NCBI RefSeq assembly: GCF_900314615.1
Contig: NZ_OMWA01000011.1
Span: forward strand, 9,770 to 73,769
Origin: an uncultured Methanobrevibacter sp.
GTDB lineage: Archaea > Methanobacteriota > Methanobacteria > Methanobacteriales > Methanobacteriaceae
Length of the DNA: 64,000 nucleotides
Reading direction: 5' to 3'
Shown: positions 1 through 9,796 of the stretch, piece by piece
How positions within the stretch are numbered: the stretch's first letter is position 1
Layout: the number at the start of each line of letters is the position of its first letter
The notes under the pieces: generated by a model
The model's input: only the letters and a program-made list of their open reading frames with translations
Told to the model about the DNA's origin: nothing
Databases searched by the model: none
Position numbers and translations under genes: made by a program

Positions 1-50
1 AAGTTATAAATAAGATTATTTAAATACATTTTATCAATGTTTTAAGTTAA

Positions 51-986
51 GTGTTTATTATGAAAACAGCCGTTCTAATCCCATGTTATAATGAAGCAAA
101 AACCATTGAAAAAGTGGTTACTGATTTTAAAAGAGTGTTGCCGCATGCAGACATTTATGTCTATGACAACAACTCCACAGACAACACCGATAAAATTGCA
201 AAAGATGCTGGAGCTATCGTTAGATATGAATACAAGCAAGGCAAGGGTAATGTTGTTAGATCAATGTTTCGCGACATTAAGGCTGACTGCTATATCATGG
301 TTGACGGTGATGACACATATCCTGCGGAATCCGCTTGTGAAATTGAAAAACTCATTTTATCAAAACGTGCCGATATGGTAATCGGAGACAGACTCTCATC
401 AACATATTTTGAGGAAAACGACAGGCCATTTCACAATAATGGAAACAAGATGGTTAGAAAATTCATAAACCTATTTTTTAAAAGTGATTTGCAGGACATC
501 ATGACTGGAATGAGAGGTTTTAGCTACAATTTCGTCAAATCTTTTCCGATTCAGTCAAAGGAGTTTGAAATTGAAACTGAAATGAGCGTATTTGCACTTA
601 TAAACAACTTCAAAATCAAGGAAATTCCAGTCGAATACAGAGACCGGATTGAAGGAAGTGAATCAAAACTGAACACTTACAGGGATGGGTATAAAGTCCT
701 CATGATGATTGCTGCTTTAATCAGGGATGAAAGGCCGCTGCTTTTTTTCTCAGCAATCTCTTTAATACTTCTTATTATTGCGGGTATTCACTTCTTCCCA
801 ATATTATTCAGATACTTCTCAACAGGTTATGTGCTAAAAATCCCAACACTGATAATAATTTCAACAGTTGTAATCATTGCTTTCATTATCTTTTTTGCAG
901 GCGTTATTTTGCATGTTCTTAAAAAACAGCACAGAGACAACCTTGAACATCACCTGATTTTACTCAATGAATTAAATGGGGATTAA
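51..986 (+). CDS. Glycosyltransferase family 2 (DPM-synthase/GtrB-like) with C-terminal TM helices
   Basis: LIPCYNE, VYDNNSTD, QGKG, DGDDTYP, DIMTGMRGF and FEIETEM motifs; two hydrophobic C-terminal segments; ATG alternative at 60. Confidence 0.9.
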   Translation: MFIMKTAVLIPCYNEAKTIEKVVTDFKRVLPHADIYVYDNNSTDNTDKIAKDAGAIVRYEYKQGKGNVVRSMFRDIKADCYIMVDGDDTYPAESACEIEKLILSKRADMVIGDRLSSTYFEENDRPFHNNGNKMVRKFINLFFKSDLQDIMTGMRGFSYNFVKSFPIQSKEFEIETEMSVFALINNFKIKEIPVEYRDRIEGSESKLNTYRDGYKVLMMIAALIRDERPLLFFSAISLILLIIAGIHFFPILFRYFSTGYVLKIPTLIIISTVVIIAFIIFFAGVILHVLKKQHRDNLEHHLILLNELNGD

Positions 987-1032
987 ATTGATAGATGACT
1001 GATGTTTTGGGATTATATTGTCTGATTTTAAA

Positions 1033-1864
1033 ATGAAATCAGTTATCCTCGCAGCAGGATTGGGAACAAGACTGATTTGCCAACCAAAGCACAACCAAAG
1101 GAAATGTTGTCGGTTTATAACAATCCTGCTATCCAGAATGTTATGTGGGAAGCAATTTCTCAGGAATAGATGGCATTCTAATAGTTACGGCAGAATAAAA
1201 TGTCTATTGAAGATCCTTCGACAAGTCATATGAACTTGAATACACTCTTCAAAAATCAGGCAAAGACAGGGTTTTAAAACAAGTCAGAAAAATTACATAT
1301 CTTGATGATGTCTATTATATGTGAGACAAAAAATATTAAAGGATTGGGTCGATGCAATTTCATGTGCTGAAAGCACATTGGCGATGAACCGTTCGCAGTT
1401 CTTTTAGGAGATTCCATCACTAAAAGTACAAAACCATGCACAAAGCAGCTCATTGATGTTTTTAGAAAGTATAAAAAAACCTGCTATTTCAATTAGAGAA
1501 GTTTCATGTGACAATGTATGTAGTTACGGAATTGTTGATGGTAATAAAATCGATGATGATGTCTACAAGATTACTCAAATGATTGAAAAACCTAAAAGTA
1601 ATCAGATTAGTTCCAACTTGCAATACCTGGAAGATACATTTTAATTGATGATATCTTTGACAAGATTAGAGAAATGGAACAGGATTTAACGGTGAAATCT
1701 AGTTTACCGATGCACTATTGAAATTTGATGATGTCTACGGTGTAAAATTCGGAGTAAAGTTTTCAATATTGAAAATAGGATTGGGTGGCACATTACTATT
1801 GGCTTTTCAATCTTGGACAAGGGGTTTCTGGGCGATTTAATCAATTGCATAAAAATTTTCATTG
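1033..1864 (+). pseudogene. galU: Frameshifted UTP-glucose-1-phosphate uridylyltransferase (galU copy 1)
   Basis: Starts MKSVILAAGLGTRL, then multiple frameshifts; DNA stays colinear with intact galU at 20226-21068 (e.g. gaaccgttcgcagttcttttaggagattccat); end approximate. Confidence 0.9.
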
Positions 1865-2374
1865 ATTATCTATATGTCTTACAAAGTTTAATTTAAATTT
1901 TTCTTTATAATCATTCTGCTGTTTTTTCTGTGAAATTCAGGATATTTCTCACATCTGTTTTAAAATGGCTACAATGCATACATGTAGTTATGAAAAAATG
2001 ATTGTTTATATCAGCACTATATTTAAATTAATTTGTGATTAAATTATTTTTATAGATGATTTAAAAAGTAGTTAAATTATAACTTGTTTTTTGGAGTAAA
2101 TGGTAGTTTGAGGTTTGGATATTATTTTTGACATGTTGTACTTTCGTATGTTTTCATTGATAAGATACAATTTTTTGCTAAAATTGGCACGACGGAGCTA
2201 TGGTGAAAATCTGCCTTATATATTTTGTAATCAAATTTGATAGTGTCAAATATTTATAATTTAAATTTTAATTAAATAAAATTCATATTTTAATCAATAA
2301 GTGTAATTTTGGCATTTATTAAATAATTTGGGGTTGTATCATGAGTTTTTTTTGAGGTTTTGAATTTTGGTATC

Positions 2375-2403
2375 TGTGTATCTTACAATAGGTAAGATAC
2401 GCA
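2375..2403. promoter_or_regulatory. Inverted repeat, 12-bp arms (11/12) with 5-nt spacer
   Basis: tgtgtatcttac-aatag-gtaagatacgca; no U-tract on either side. Confidence 0.5.
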
Positions 2404-2444
2404 AAAATGCTGAATTAACTTCTTTTAAAATCTTTTATTTTCAA

Positions 2445-2468
2445 ATAAACCTATAAATATAGGTTTAT
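2445..2468. promoter_or_regulatory. Perfect 11-bp-arm palindrome overlapping a TATA-like box
   Basis: ataaacctata-aa-tataggtttat; contains ctataaata. Confidence 0.5.
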
Positions 2469-2777
2469 AAATTAAAACAATAAATTTAAATAGTGCATGG
2501 AATATAATAATGAGTATGGGATGAAGTAATCAAGATAAAATAAGCGAAAGAAGTCTTTGCATAGACCATTACTGTTAGGGTCGAGGTAATGATCCATGAG
2601 CGAAAGACAAACAACATATTATGAATTATAATAAGTTAAGTTATATTATGGTACTCCTGCCTATTATACTTTATCTATTTTTAGCTTGAAGGCTTTTGTC
2701 CGCTTATTGATGTTTGCATTGCCGATTCCCATTTACAAAGGAGTGATGAATCAGTTATGCTCCGGGAGGTGATTTAC

Positions 2778-2867
2778 ATGAGTATCAAAACAAAACACGT
2801 TCTGTCAAAGGGGATGCCAAAGTATAAGATTATTGCAGTGCCAATAATCTTGGATGGGCTGATTTAA
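2778..2867 (+). CDS. Candidate 29-aa small protein MSIKTKHVLSKGMPKYKIIAVPIILDGLI
   Basis: Strong SD gggaggtga 5 nt before ATG; no homology recognised; could be a gene remnant. Confidence 0.3.
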   Translation: MSIKTKHVLSKGMPKYKIIAVPIILDGLI

Positions 2868-2924
2868 CTCTATTCATTGGTGAAGGCATCTGACGTGAGA
2901 ACTTGACTAAATGGGGGTCTTATT

Positions 2925-3131
2925 ATGATTGAAGTTAGATCATCTAACTTAAGAGCTGTGGAATATAATCCGTCAACTCATACATTGACCATCTGGTTTC
3001 GAAACGGTAGTGTCTATGAGTATTATGGTGTTTCCCAAAACATCTATGATGGATTGCTTTTAGCCCAGTCAAAAGGCAGATACCACCACAGATACATAAA
3101 GAATTCCTATCGATACTGTAGGATTAGATAA
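2925..3131 (+). CDS. KTSC domain protein
   Basis: SSNLRAVEYN..TLTIWFRNGSVYEY..V....Y..L..A.SKGRY matches the KTSC pattern; SD-like gggggt upstream. Confidence 0.9.
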   Translation: MIEVRSSNLRAVEYNPSTHTLTIWFRNGSVYEYYGVSQNIYDGLLLAQSKGRYHHRYIKNSYRYCRIR

Positions 3132-3140
3132 ATGATGATG

Positions 3141-3164
3141 TCTGGCTTTAACTTAAAAGCCAGA
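3141..3164 (+). other. Intergenic hairpin (9-bp perfect stem, extendable by G-U pairs) between KTSC and DUF6119-like gene
   Basis: tctggcttt-aactta-aaagccaga; not followed by a U-tract. Confidence 0.5.
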
Positions 3165-3195
3165 TGTTAAATTATTAACATGGATTGGTGATAAT

Positions 3196-4803
3196 ATGAG
3201 TGATATTAGCTTATATAAAATTAATAATATTTCCAAATTGAAATCAAAATTAATAAAAGAGGGTTTTGAGAAAAAGAACAATACAAAGAAAGTCGAAATC
3301 GGCGAAGGAAAAGATAAAAAAGAATATTTGATGGAATTCTACTATGAACACGGCATGGACTTAAATGTGGTGTCTTGGCATAATTTTGCTGAAAATTTTG
3401 ATGTCACTCCTTCTGAAGTCCAGTCAAATCCACGTGCAGTGATATTGATTGAAAGAGATGAATCGTATTATGCCATATCATTTGGAACGGCTTACCATTA
3501 TGTGGAGCCGTTGTCTGATAAGCAGTGGGCATTCAATTTTGCAAAAAGACTAAATTATGACAAGATAAATCTGATGGCAACAACGATTCCACAATCTAAA
3601 TTGACCAAACAGATTAGTTCCTATAGAAACTATAATGAAACGGATATCAATGTTGGTGAGGCATTAAGTAAGATAACTGCATATATGGAACCGGACGATG
3701 AACTCATTGATGTTGGAGAGAAACTTCAGGTAGGCAATTCTCTAAAACTGAAACTTGAGAAGGATGACCTTGAAACTGTTGCAAAAACAATATCTTATAT
3801 TGAAGAGGTAATCTCAAAGGCTGATGTCCTGTGGGAAATTCCGCAGATAGTTGAAATTAAGGATGAAAAAGAACTTGAAAAACTTAATGCAAAGTTAAAA
3901 GAAGAGATATGCAAGTGGTCCGTTGAAAGACAAAAAAGCAATCTTCTAGACGTCAATAACTATGTGGTCTACAGCAATGATTTTAAAAATATTGATGATT
4001 TCGCAGAATTTCAACTAAAGTACAAAAAGAAGAATTCCAAAGAAAAGGCAATAGTGGAAAACTATGATGATTTAAGTATGGCTACAATACTAAAATTCAT
4101 CTCTTCAAATAATATTGCATCTGATGATGTTTTAGACATCAACATAATTTTTTCAAATGAAAACGAGAAAATCCAACGGACTTTGGATAAGATAATAATC
4201 TATGATTGCATTGATGAAAACTGTGTATATGAGTATGGAAAATGGAGCAGGTACAACCAGCATTATATTGATATGGTTGAAAAGGAGATTGCAACAATCC
4301 CTGCAAAATTCTGTCCGGAATACCGCTTTGAAAGTGATGAATATGATAGGTTCATAACTGACAGAAATGGCAGTAATAATAAGGAGTATAATGAAACAAC
4401 ATTCAATGACTATCTTGTCAAATGTCATGATTTTGTAAATTATGATAAAGAACTGAGGCGGAAAAAAGGTTATGCAGTTGAAATAATGGATTTGTATAAA
4501 GATGGTGTTGCTTATTCAGTCAAGAAAGGCAGTGGTTCACAAAAACTATCTGTTGTAGTTGACCAAAGTATCGAGGGAATGAGATTCCTCATAAAGGAAG
4601 ACACTAATTTTGCCAATAAAATCGAAACGGTTTGCATTTGGCTAATTTTAGACCGTAAAAAGGATATTCATGATGAAAATAATGTTGCAGACATTAACGA
4701 ACTAGATATGCTAATGTTAAAAACCAAACTGGTGATATGGGCTCAACAAATGAGATTATGGGGATATAAGCCCGTTATTCAAATAAATTATAAAAAAAGA
4801 TAA
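3196..4803 (+). CDS. DUF6119 / TIGR04141-like protein with C-terminal PD-(D/E)xK-like nuclease region
   Basis: RAVILIE..YYAISFGTAYH N-terminal pattern; C-terminal EIMDLY..SVKK..SQKLSVVVDQS resembles the TIGR04141 signature; 535 aa. Confidence 0.6.
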   Translation: MSDISLYKINNISKLKSKLIKEGFEKKNNTKKVEIGEGKDKKEYLMEFYYEHGMDLNVVSWHNFAENFDVTPSEVQSNPRAVILIERDESYYAISFGTAYHYVEPLSDKQWAFNFAKRLNYDKINLMATTIPQSKLTKQISSYRNYNETDINVGEALSKITAYMEPDDELIDVGEKLQVGNSLKLKLEKDDLETVAKTISYIEEVISKADVLWEIPQIVEIKDEKELEKLNAKLKEEICKWSVERQKSNLLDVNNYVVYSNDFKNIDDFAEFQLKYKKKNSKEKAIVENYDDLSMATILKFISSNNIASDDVLDINIIFSNENEKIQRTLDKIIIYDCIDENCVYEYGKWSRYNQHYIDMVEKEIATIPAKFCPEYRFESDEYDRFITDRNGSNNKEYNETTFNDYLVKCHDFVNYDKELRRKKGYAVEIMDLYKDGVAYSVKKGSGSQKLSVVVDQSIEGMRFLIKEDTNFANKIETVCIWLILDRKKDIHDENNVADINELDMLMLKTKLVIWAQQMRLWGYKPVIQINYKKR

Positions 4804-4809
4804 TTATGC

Positions 4810-5473
4810 AATGATGGTGTCCTTGTTATTGTGTATGGAAATAAAAGGTCAATCGAAGATTATTTCGACAAGTCTTACGAATTTGAACAAACTCTGCAGA
4901 AGGTAGGTAAAGACAGTGTCTTAAAGGAAGTTCGAAAAATCACGGATTTAGTTGGGGTGTGCTAATCAGGCAAAAAATCAGAGAGGCATGGGTGATGAGC
5001 CTTTGTAGCTCTTTTGGATGCACAATAACAAAATCCCAAACTCCATGCACAAAAGGGCTGATTGATGTTTTCAACAGATTCGAAAAACCCACATGTTCTC
5101 TGAAGGTGATTTCAAATGACAAGCTTAACAAGTACGGCATTGTCGGCAAGTCAAATTGAAGAAAACATCTACAAAACCAATCAATTGATAGAAAAACAGA
5201 AGATTGATGAGGCTCCGTCAAACCGTGCAATGGCTGGCAGATATATCCTGACGTCGGACGTCTTTGACAAGATTCGTGAAATGCAAGAGGGTGTTGGTGG
5301 CGGAATACCGCTGACCGATACACTCACAAAACTTGATGAAGTCTATGGAGTGCTCTTTGAAGGCAGGATATATAATGTGGCAACCCGTTTCGATTGGTTA
5401 AGTCATCCATAGAATTCAGTCTTGAGGATTCAACTGGGATGAACTGATACAATATATGAAAACATTCATATAG
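4810..5473 (+). pseudogene. galU: 5'-truncated, frameshifted galU (copy 2)
   Basis: aaataaaaggtcaatcgaagattatttcgacaagtcttacgaa matches intact galU; GRYILTSDVFDKI..IPLTDTLTKLDEVYG frame; ends atgaaaacattcatatag; first ~50 codons absent. Confidence 0.9.
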
Positions 5474-5695
5474 TTATCTAGGTGTGGGGATTTAAACCAA
5501 TTTGGCTAAACTTATAATTTCTTGGGAAGATTATTAGAGGTGCATAATATATAAATATACAAATACATATATATTAATTGCATTATTACTTTTCAAATGC
5601 TCTTGGAAAAAATAAATTTAATAGTATTAACTATAATTTATTTATATACTATTTGTATTTTATTAAAAACATTTATGTTGGAGATGTGTTAGTAG

Positions 5696-6583
5696 ATGTT
5701 AAAACTTGTTGATACCACCTCAAAAACCATGGATGATTTAGTAAAGTTTTTGTTTTTTGAACTTAAAGAGAATAATGAACCTATAAGTGAAACTCAAATG
5801 CAAAAATTAATTTTTAAAATTAAAATGGAATTGGGTGGAAGTCATGAGTTATATGAAGAATTGCCATATTATTGGTATATACATGGTCCGTTTTCAGAAG
5901 TTGTAAGAGATTCATTTAACGACATTAAAAATAATTTTTGTAAATTACAAGCATATAATAAGGTCATACTCAAAAAACAGCATGATGATTTTAAAGATAG
6001 TGAATTAGTTGATAATTTTTCTGAAATTATAAAAATATCCAAGAAGATTATAAATAATCAAAACCTATTTGATAATATTGTAAAACATGTTTATAATATG
6101 TATGCGCCATATAGAGTTATGCTTCCATTTAAATTTGAAATCTATCAGATTGCTAATAATAATAGGTTTTCACAGAATTTTGATGTTGATGAATATGTGG
6201 ATACATTTTATAAATGTGAATCACAATTACCTGATGATAAATATTTTGTTAACTTTTCAGAGATTTATTCTCAACTTTGCATAAATTTAGATTTAATTAA
6301 TGATAATGGCACTTTTGATGAAAATTGGAGATTTTTAAGGAATCTTATTAAAGAACTATGGACAACATTTGCAAAAGGTCTTCGAGTAAAATCTAAAGAT
6401 AACTATTATAATTATGAAATAGATGTTTGGAATCAAAAATTTGAGGATAATTTAAGAATATTGTCTCAATTTGTTGATAAGACTGAAATTCTCACTAATT
6501 ACAATAGTTCATCTAATAATAATTACACATCTTCTCAAAAAAAGATTTTAAATACAACTATTGGAAGTTATTTGAGGGGTTAA
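5696..6583 (+). CDS. Panacea (DUF4065/SocA-like) domain antitoxin with C-terminal extension
   Basis: ETQMQKLIF and YYWYIHGPFSEVV motifs typical of Panacea; directly upstream of a PIN gene. Confidence 0.7.
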   Translation: MLKLVDTTSKTMDDLVKFLFFELKENNEPISETQMQKLIFKIKMELGGSHELYEELPYYWYIHGPFSEVVRDSFNDIKNNFCKLQAYNKVILKKQHDDFKDSELVDNFSEIIKISKKIINNQNLFDNIVKHVYNMYAPYRVMLPFKFEIYQIANNNRFSQNFDVDEYVDTFYKCESQLPDDKYFVNFSEIYSQLCINLDLINDNGTFDENWRFLRNLIKELWTTFAKGLRVKSKDNYYNYEIDVWNQKFEDNLRILSQFVDKTEILTNYNSSSNNNYTSSQKKILNTTIGSYLRG

Positions 6584-6584
6584 T

Positions 6585-7295
6585 TTGGTTGAATGTGATT
6601 ATCATTTTTTAGATACTAATATTGTTTTAGCTTTAATTTTACCTAATGATGGGAGCAAGTCTGAAAGTGGAAAATATTTTACAAAATCAAGCCATGAAAA
6701 ATATTTTTCAAACACTGCATTTAAGGAAGCTAAAAATGTTATAAATAATTGGAGGCGTGTTTCGTTAAAAATCATAACTTGTATTAAAAATTACTTAACA
6801 CAAAATTTAATTAATTCTCAAAATGTAAATGCTCATTTTAGAAAAATTAAAGAATTATTTTTGAAAAGATATCAAGATGATGATTTTCCTGAGAATATGA
6901 AAAAGGAGAATTTTGAAAATGTAATTACTATCTTTTTTAATGAGTATGATAGTAAAATTAAACAAATATTAATCGATGATAACTTAAGTGAGTTGAATGT
7001 AATTTCAAAGGATATTAGAGATGCTTTTAAACAACTTCACAATGACCTCATAAGTTTTTTAGATAACTTGATTTGCATAACTTTTGTTGAAGAAAATACA
7101 AAATTAAAAGAACTTATTAAAATTGGTATTCACAAACCGGATAATGTATTAATTAATGAAGCTTTTGTTTTATCATTGTTTCTTGATCAGATAATTGGGT
7201 TTATAACTTTTGATAATGGAATTTTAAAGTATAATAATGAGATCATTAATCTTTTTTCATCTAAAATACATGTTTTAAATCCTATTGATATTTAG
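6585..7295 (+). CDS. PIN-domain ribonuclease (toxin)
   Basis: FLDTNIV, AFKEA, KPDNVLI and FITFD acidic tetrad; 1-nt gap after Panacea gene; TTG start. Confidence 0.75.
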   Translation: MVECDYHFLDTNIVLALILPNDGSKSESGKYFTKSSHEKYFSNTAFKEAKNVINNWRRVSLKIITCIKNYLTQNLINSQNVNAHFRKIKELFLKRYQDDDFPENMKKENFENVITIFFNEYDSKIKQILIDDNLSELNVISKDIRDAFKQLHNDLISFLDNLICITFVEENTKLKELIKIGIHKPDNVLINEAFVLSLFLDQIIGFITFDNGILKYNNEIINLFSSKIHVLNPIDI

Positions 7296-7449
7296 AAACG
7301 TTCATTAACGATTATTTAATTATCGTTATTTTTATAAAATAACGGATGTTATATTAATTTAATCAATATCTGTTTTTATCAATGTAGAATGTCTAAAACT
7401 TAAGCAATATAATCTTAAACTAATTCAATATTTTAATAGATAATATTTA

Positions 7450-7461
7450 GGGGGGGGGGGG
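7450..7461 (+). repeat. G12 homopolymer 7 nt upstream of the HEPN gene start
   Basis: atttag-G run-ttgaattTTG in a very AT-rich context. Confidence 0.8.
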
Positions 7462-7468
7462 TTGAATT

Positions 7469-8740
7469 TTGAATTCAATCAATTTCAAAACAAATTCTTT
7501 AATAAAAAATTTTAAAAATACTATAAAAGCTCTTCATCATTGCAAATGTGATTCAAAAACTTATTTTAGGTATAAATCAAAATTAAATATAGATAAAAAT
7601 GTTGATATGCATATTAAGCAAATTATTTCTGAAATGATGAGTGAAGAAGTTATTGTGAACAATTTTTCAAAAAAATATATAATCACTAATGTCATATCTA
7701 TTTTAGAGGAAATTCACGATAAAAATGGATTTAACTTAAATAATAATGATTTCAAAAATTTATATTTAAATTTAATTCGAGATTTCGAAAATGAGATTAA
7801 CAATACAATTGAAAATGAATTTAAAGAATTTGAATTCATTTCGCATATAGATAATTTAAAATTATCTAGGGAAATTAAAATTGCTGATGTAATTTTATTT
7901 CCTTATGATTCATCAATTTCAGATTTAGCATATATAAATGATAATGAGTATGTTTCTGATGATTTTTTCAGAGATGATGAAGTCTATGCCAGAACCTGTG
8001 TATATGGTTCAAAAGATTATGCTATTAAAAAGTCAGAAGTAAAAATTAAAATGGCTTTAAATATTTTAAAATTTTTACTACCTGGTCATTTAACTAATTT
8101 TAATTTAGATGGGGAAACAGTTAAAAATGTTTTTAGAGACTATATCTTTCTTAATTCAAATGAATTATTTGGAGGGGGGGCACGAAAAGTCGGTGATTTT
8201 CACTTTTGTTGCGATATTGATGATGAGTTATTAAAAGGGATGTCTTTTAATTTAGAAATTTTGTCTTCATTATTTAAAAATAATAATCGATTTACTTTTG
8301 AAAATAATTTATTGTCTGCTATTTATTGGTTTGGTGAGGCAGTTTCTCAAGGCATGATGAAATATAGGGATGCAGATAATAAATATTCAACGGAATTAGA
8401 TAATTTTGAATATTTTAATGCTTATCCAAAATTGTTAAATCTTATTATTTCTTTAGAAACTGTTTTTATTTATGGTAATGAAGATAAATCTAAAAGTATT
8501 TCTTCAAAAGTTTCTGCATTAATTGCAAATCCAGGATATGAAGAATTTATTTCAGAGTTTCTTAAAGAAATATATATTAATAGATCTAAAATAGTACATT
8601 CAGGAATTGTATATATTTCCAAAGATGACTTAAATACTTTGGTTAATTATACAAGAGCAGCAATATTTAAGATTGCAGTTATTAACCATTTAAATAGGGA
8701 TAAAATTTCATATTTTAATAAAATATATGGTGTAATATGA
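7469..8740 (+). CDS. Apea-like HEPN domain protein
   Basis: C-terminal LIISLETVF..ISSKVSAL..LKEIYINRSKIVHSG with RxxxxH motif. Confidence 0.75.
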   Translation: MNSINFKTNSLIKNFKNTIKALHHCKCDSKTYFRYKSKLNIDKNVDMHIKQIISEMMSEEVIVNNFSKKYIITNVISILEEIHDKNGFNLNNNDFKNLYLNLIRDFENEINNTIENEFKEFEFISHIDNLKLSREIKIADVILFPYDSSISDLAYINDNEYVSDDFFRDDEVYARTCVYGSKDYAIKKSEVKIKMALNILKFLLPGHLTNFNLDGETVKNVFRDYIFLNSNELFGGGARKVGDFHFCCDIDDELLKGMSFNLEILSSLFKNNNRFTFENNLLSAIYWFGEAVSQGMMKYRDADNKYSTELDNFEYFNAYPKLLNLIISLETVFIYGNEDKSKSISSKVSALIANPGYEEFISEFLKEIYINRSKIVHSGIVYISKDDLNTLVNYTRAAIFKIAVINHLNRDKISYFNKIYGVI

Positions 8741-9591
8741 CTAATCCTAAAAAACAGCATTATGTTCCTCAGTTTTATTTAAGAAACTTTAAAGATGGGT
8801 CTTCTGATAATATAATTAATTGTTTTAATATTAAAACTAAAAAATATTACAAAGCATCTATTGATAAAGTCGCACAAAAGAAATATTTCTATCAATCTTC
8901 TAAAAACAATTTAGAATATCAATTATCTTTAATTGAAAAGGAATCTAGTAAATATATTAACAATTTGGTTGAAAATAAGAAATATAAATATTTAAATAAT
9001 TTAAATATTAGGGCAAATTTATCATATTTCATGTCACTGCAGTTTATTAGAACAAATGATAAACGAGAATGGATAAAGAATCATTCTTATGAATTAAAAG
9101 AGGAAATTTCACAAGAAATAAAAATTCCTCTAAAATTTCAAAAGTTATTTGATGAATTTCCTTCAGATGAACATGTGAAAAATTGGCATTTGGAATATAT
9201 TGAAAAATTTTCTTTGAAATTTTTCAAATATTTTTATTATAAAAAATGGATTTTAATTAAAAACAAGACTAATTTGAATTTTTGGACATCAGATAATCCT
9301 ATTGCAATTTGGAATCCTATAAATCCTCAAGGTTTATGCAGGAAATGCAGTTTTATTTTCTTTCCACTGAGTTCAAAATTATGCCTATGTCTGGCGGATC
9401 CTTTTTATTTTTCTAATTTGGACCAGAGTAGAACTTCAAGTGTTGGAACTAATATTTTAAAGGCAACATCCTTTAAATTTAAGGAAGAAGTTGATGTTAT
9501 TAATAATAATTTTCTGGAAGTTGATTCTTGTAATATGAATATTTTTTCAAAAGATTGTGATTTTGAAGTATTATTTAATAGGTGTCATTAA
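8737..9591 (+). CDS. DUF4238 domain protein
   Basis: N-terminal QHYVPQFYLRNF and internal FWTSDNP..FFPLSSKLCL; ATGA overlap with the HEPN gene. Confidence 0.85.
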   Translation: MTNPKKQHYVPQFYLRNFKDGSSDNIINCFNIKTKKYYKASIDKVAQKKYFYQSSKNNLEYQLSLIEKESSKYINNLVENKKYKYLNNLNIRANLSYFMSLQFIRTNDKREWIKNHSYELKEEISQEIKIPLKFQKLFDEFPSDEHVKNWHLEYIEKFSLKFFKYFYYKKWILIKNKTNLNFWTSDNPIAIWNPINPQGLCRKCSFIFFPLSSKLCLCLADPFYFSNLDQSRTSSVGTNILKATSFKFKEEVDVINNNFLEVDSCNMNIFSKDCDFEVLFNRCH

Positions 9592-9796
9592 ATAATATGA
9601 TTTGACTGTAATTAAAATACTTTACCGTTTAAGAAGAGTATCTCTTCAATTAAGATATTGTGTGATGCAGTTTATTTAAATTGAAGTTACTGTTAGAATA
9701 GTTATTGGTAAATCAGGGTTATCTGGTGAGCAATGTTCAGGTCTTAATCGTATTAATTCATAAATAATTAATAGTATTGATTTAATACAAGTATAT

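Noticed and set aside
2540-2760. Group II intron fragment
   Set aside because: GAAAG motifs are present but no domain V consensus or RT remnant was recognised.
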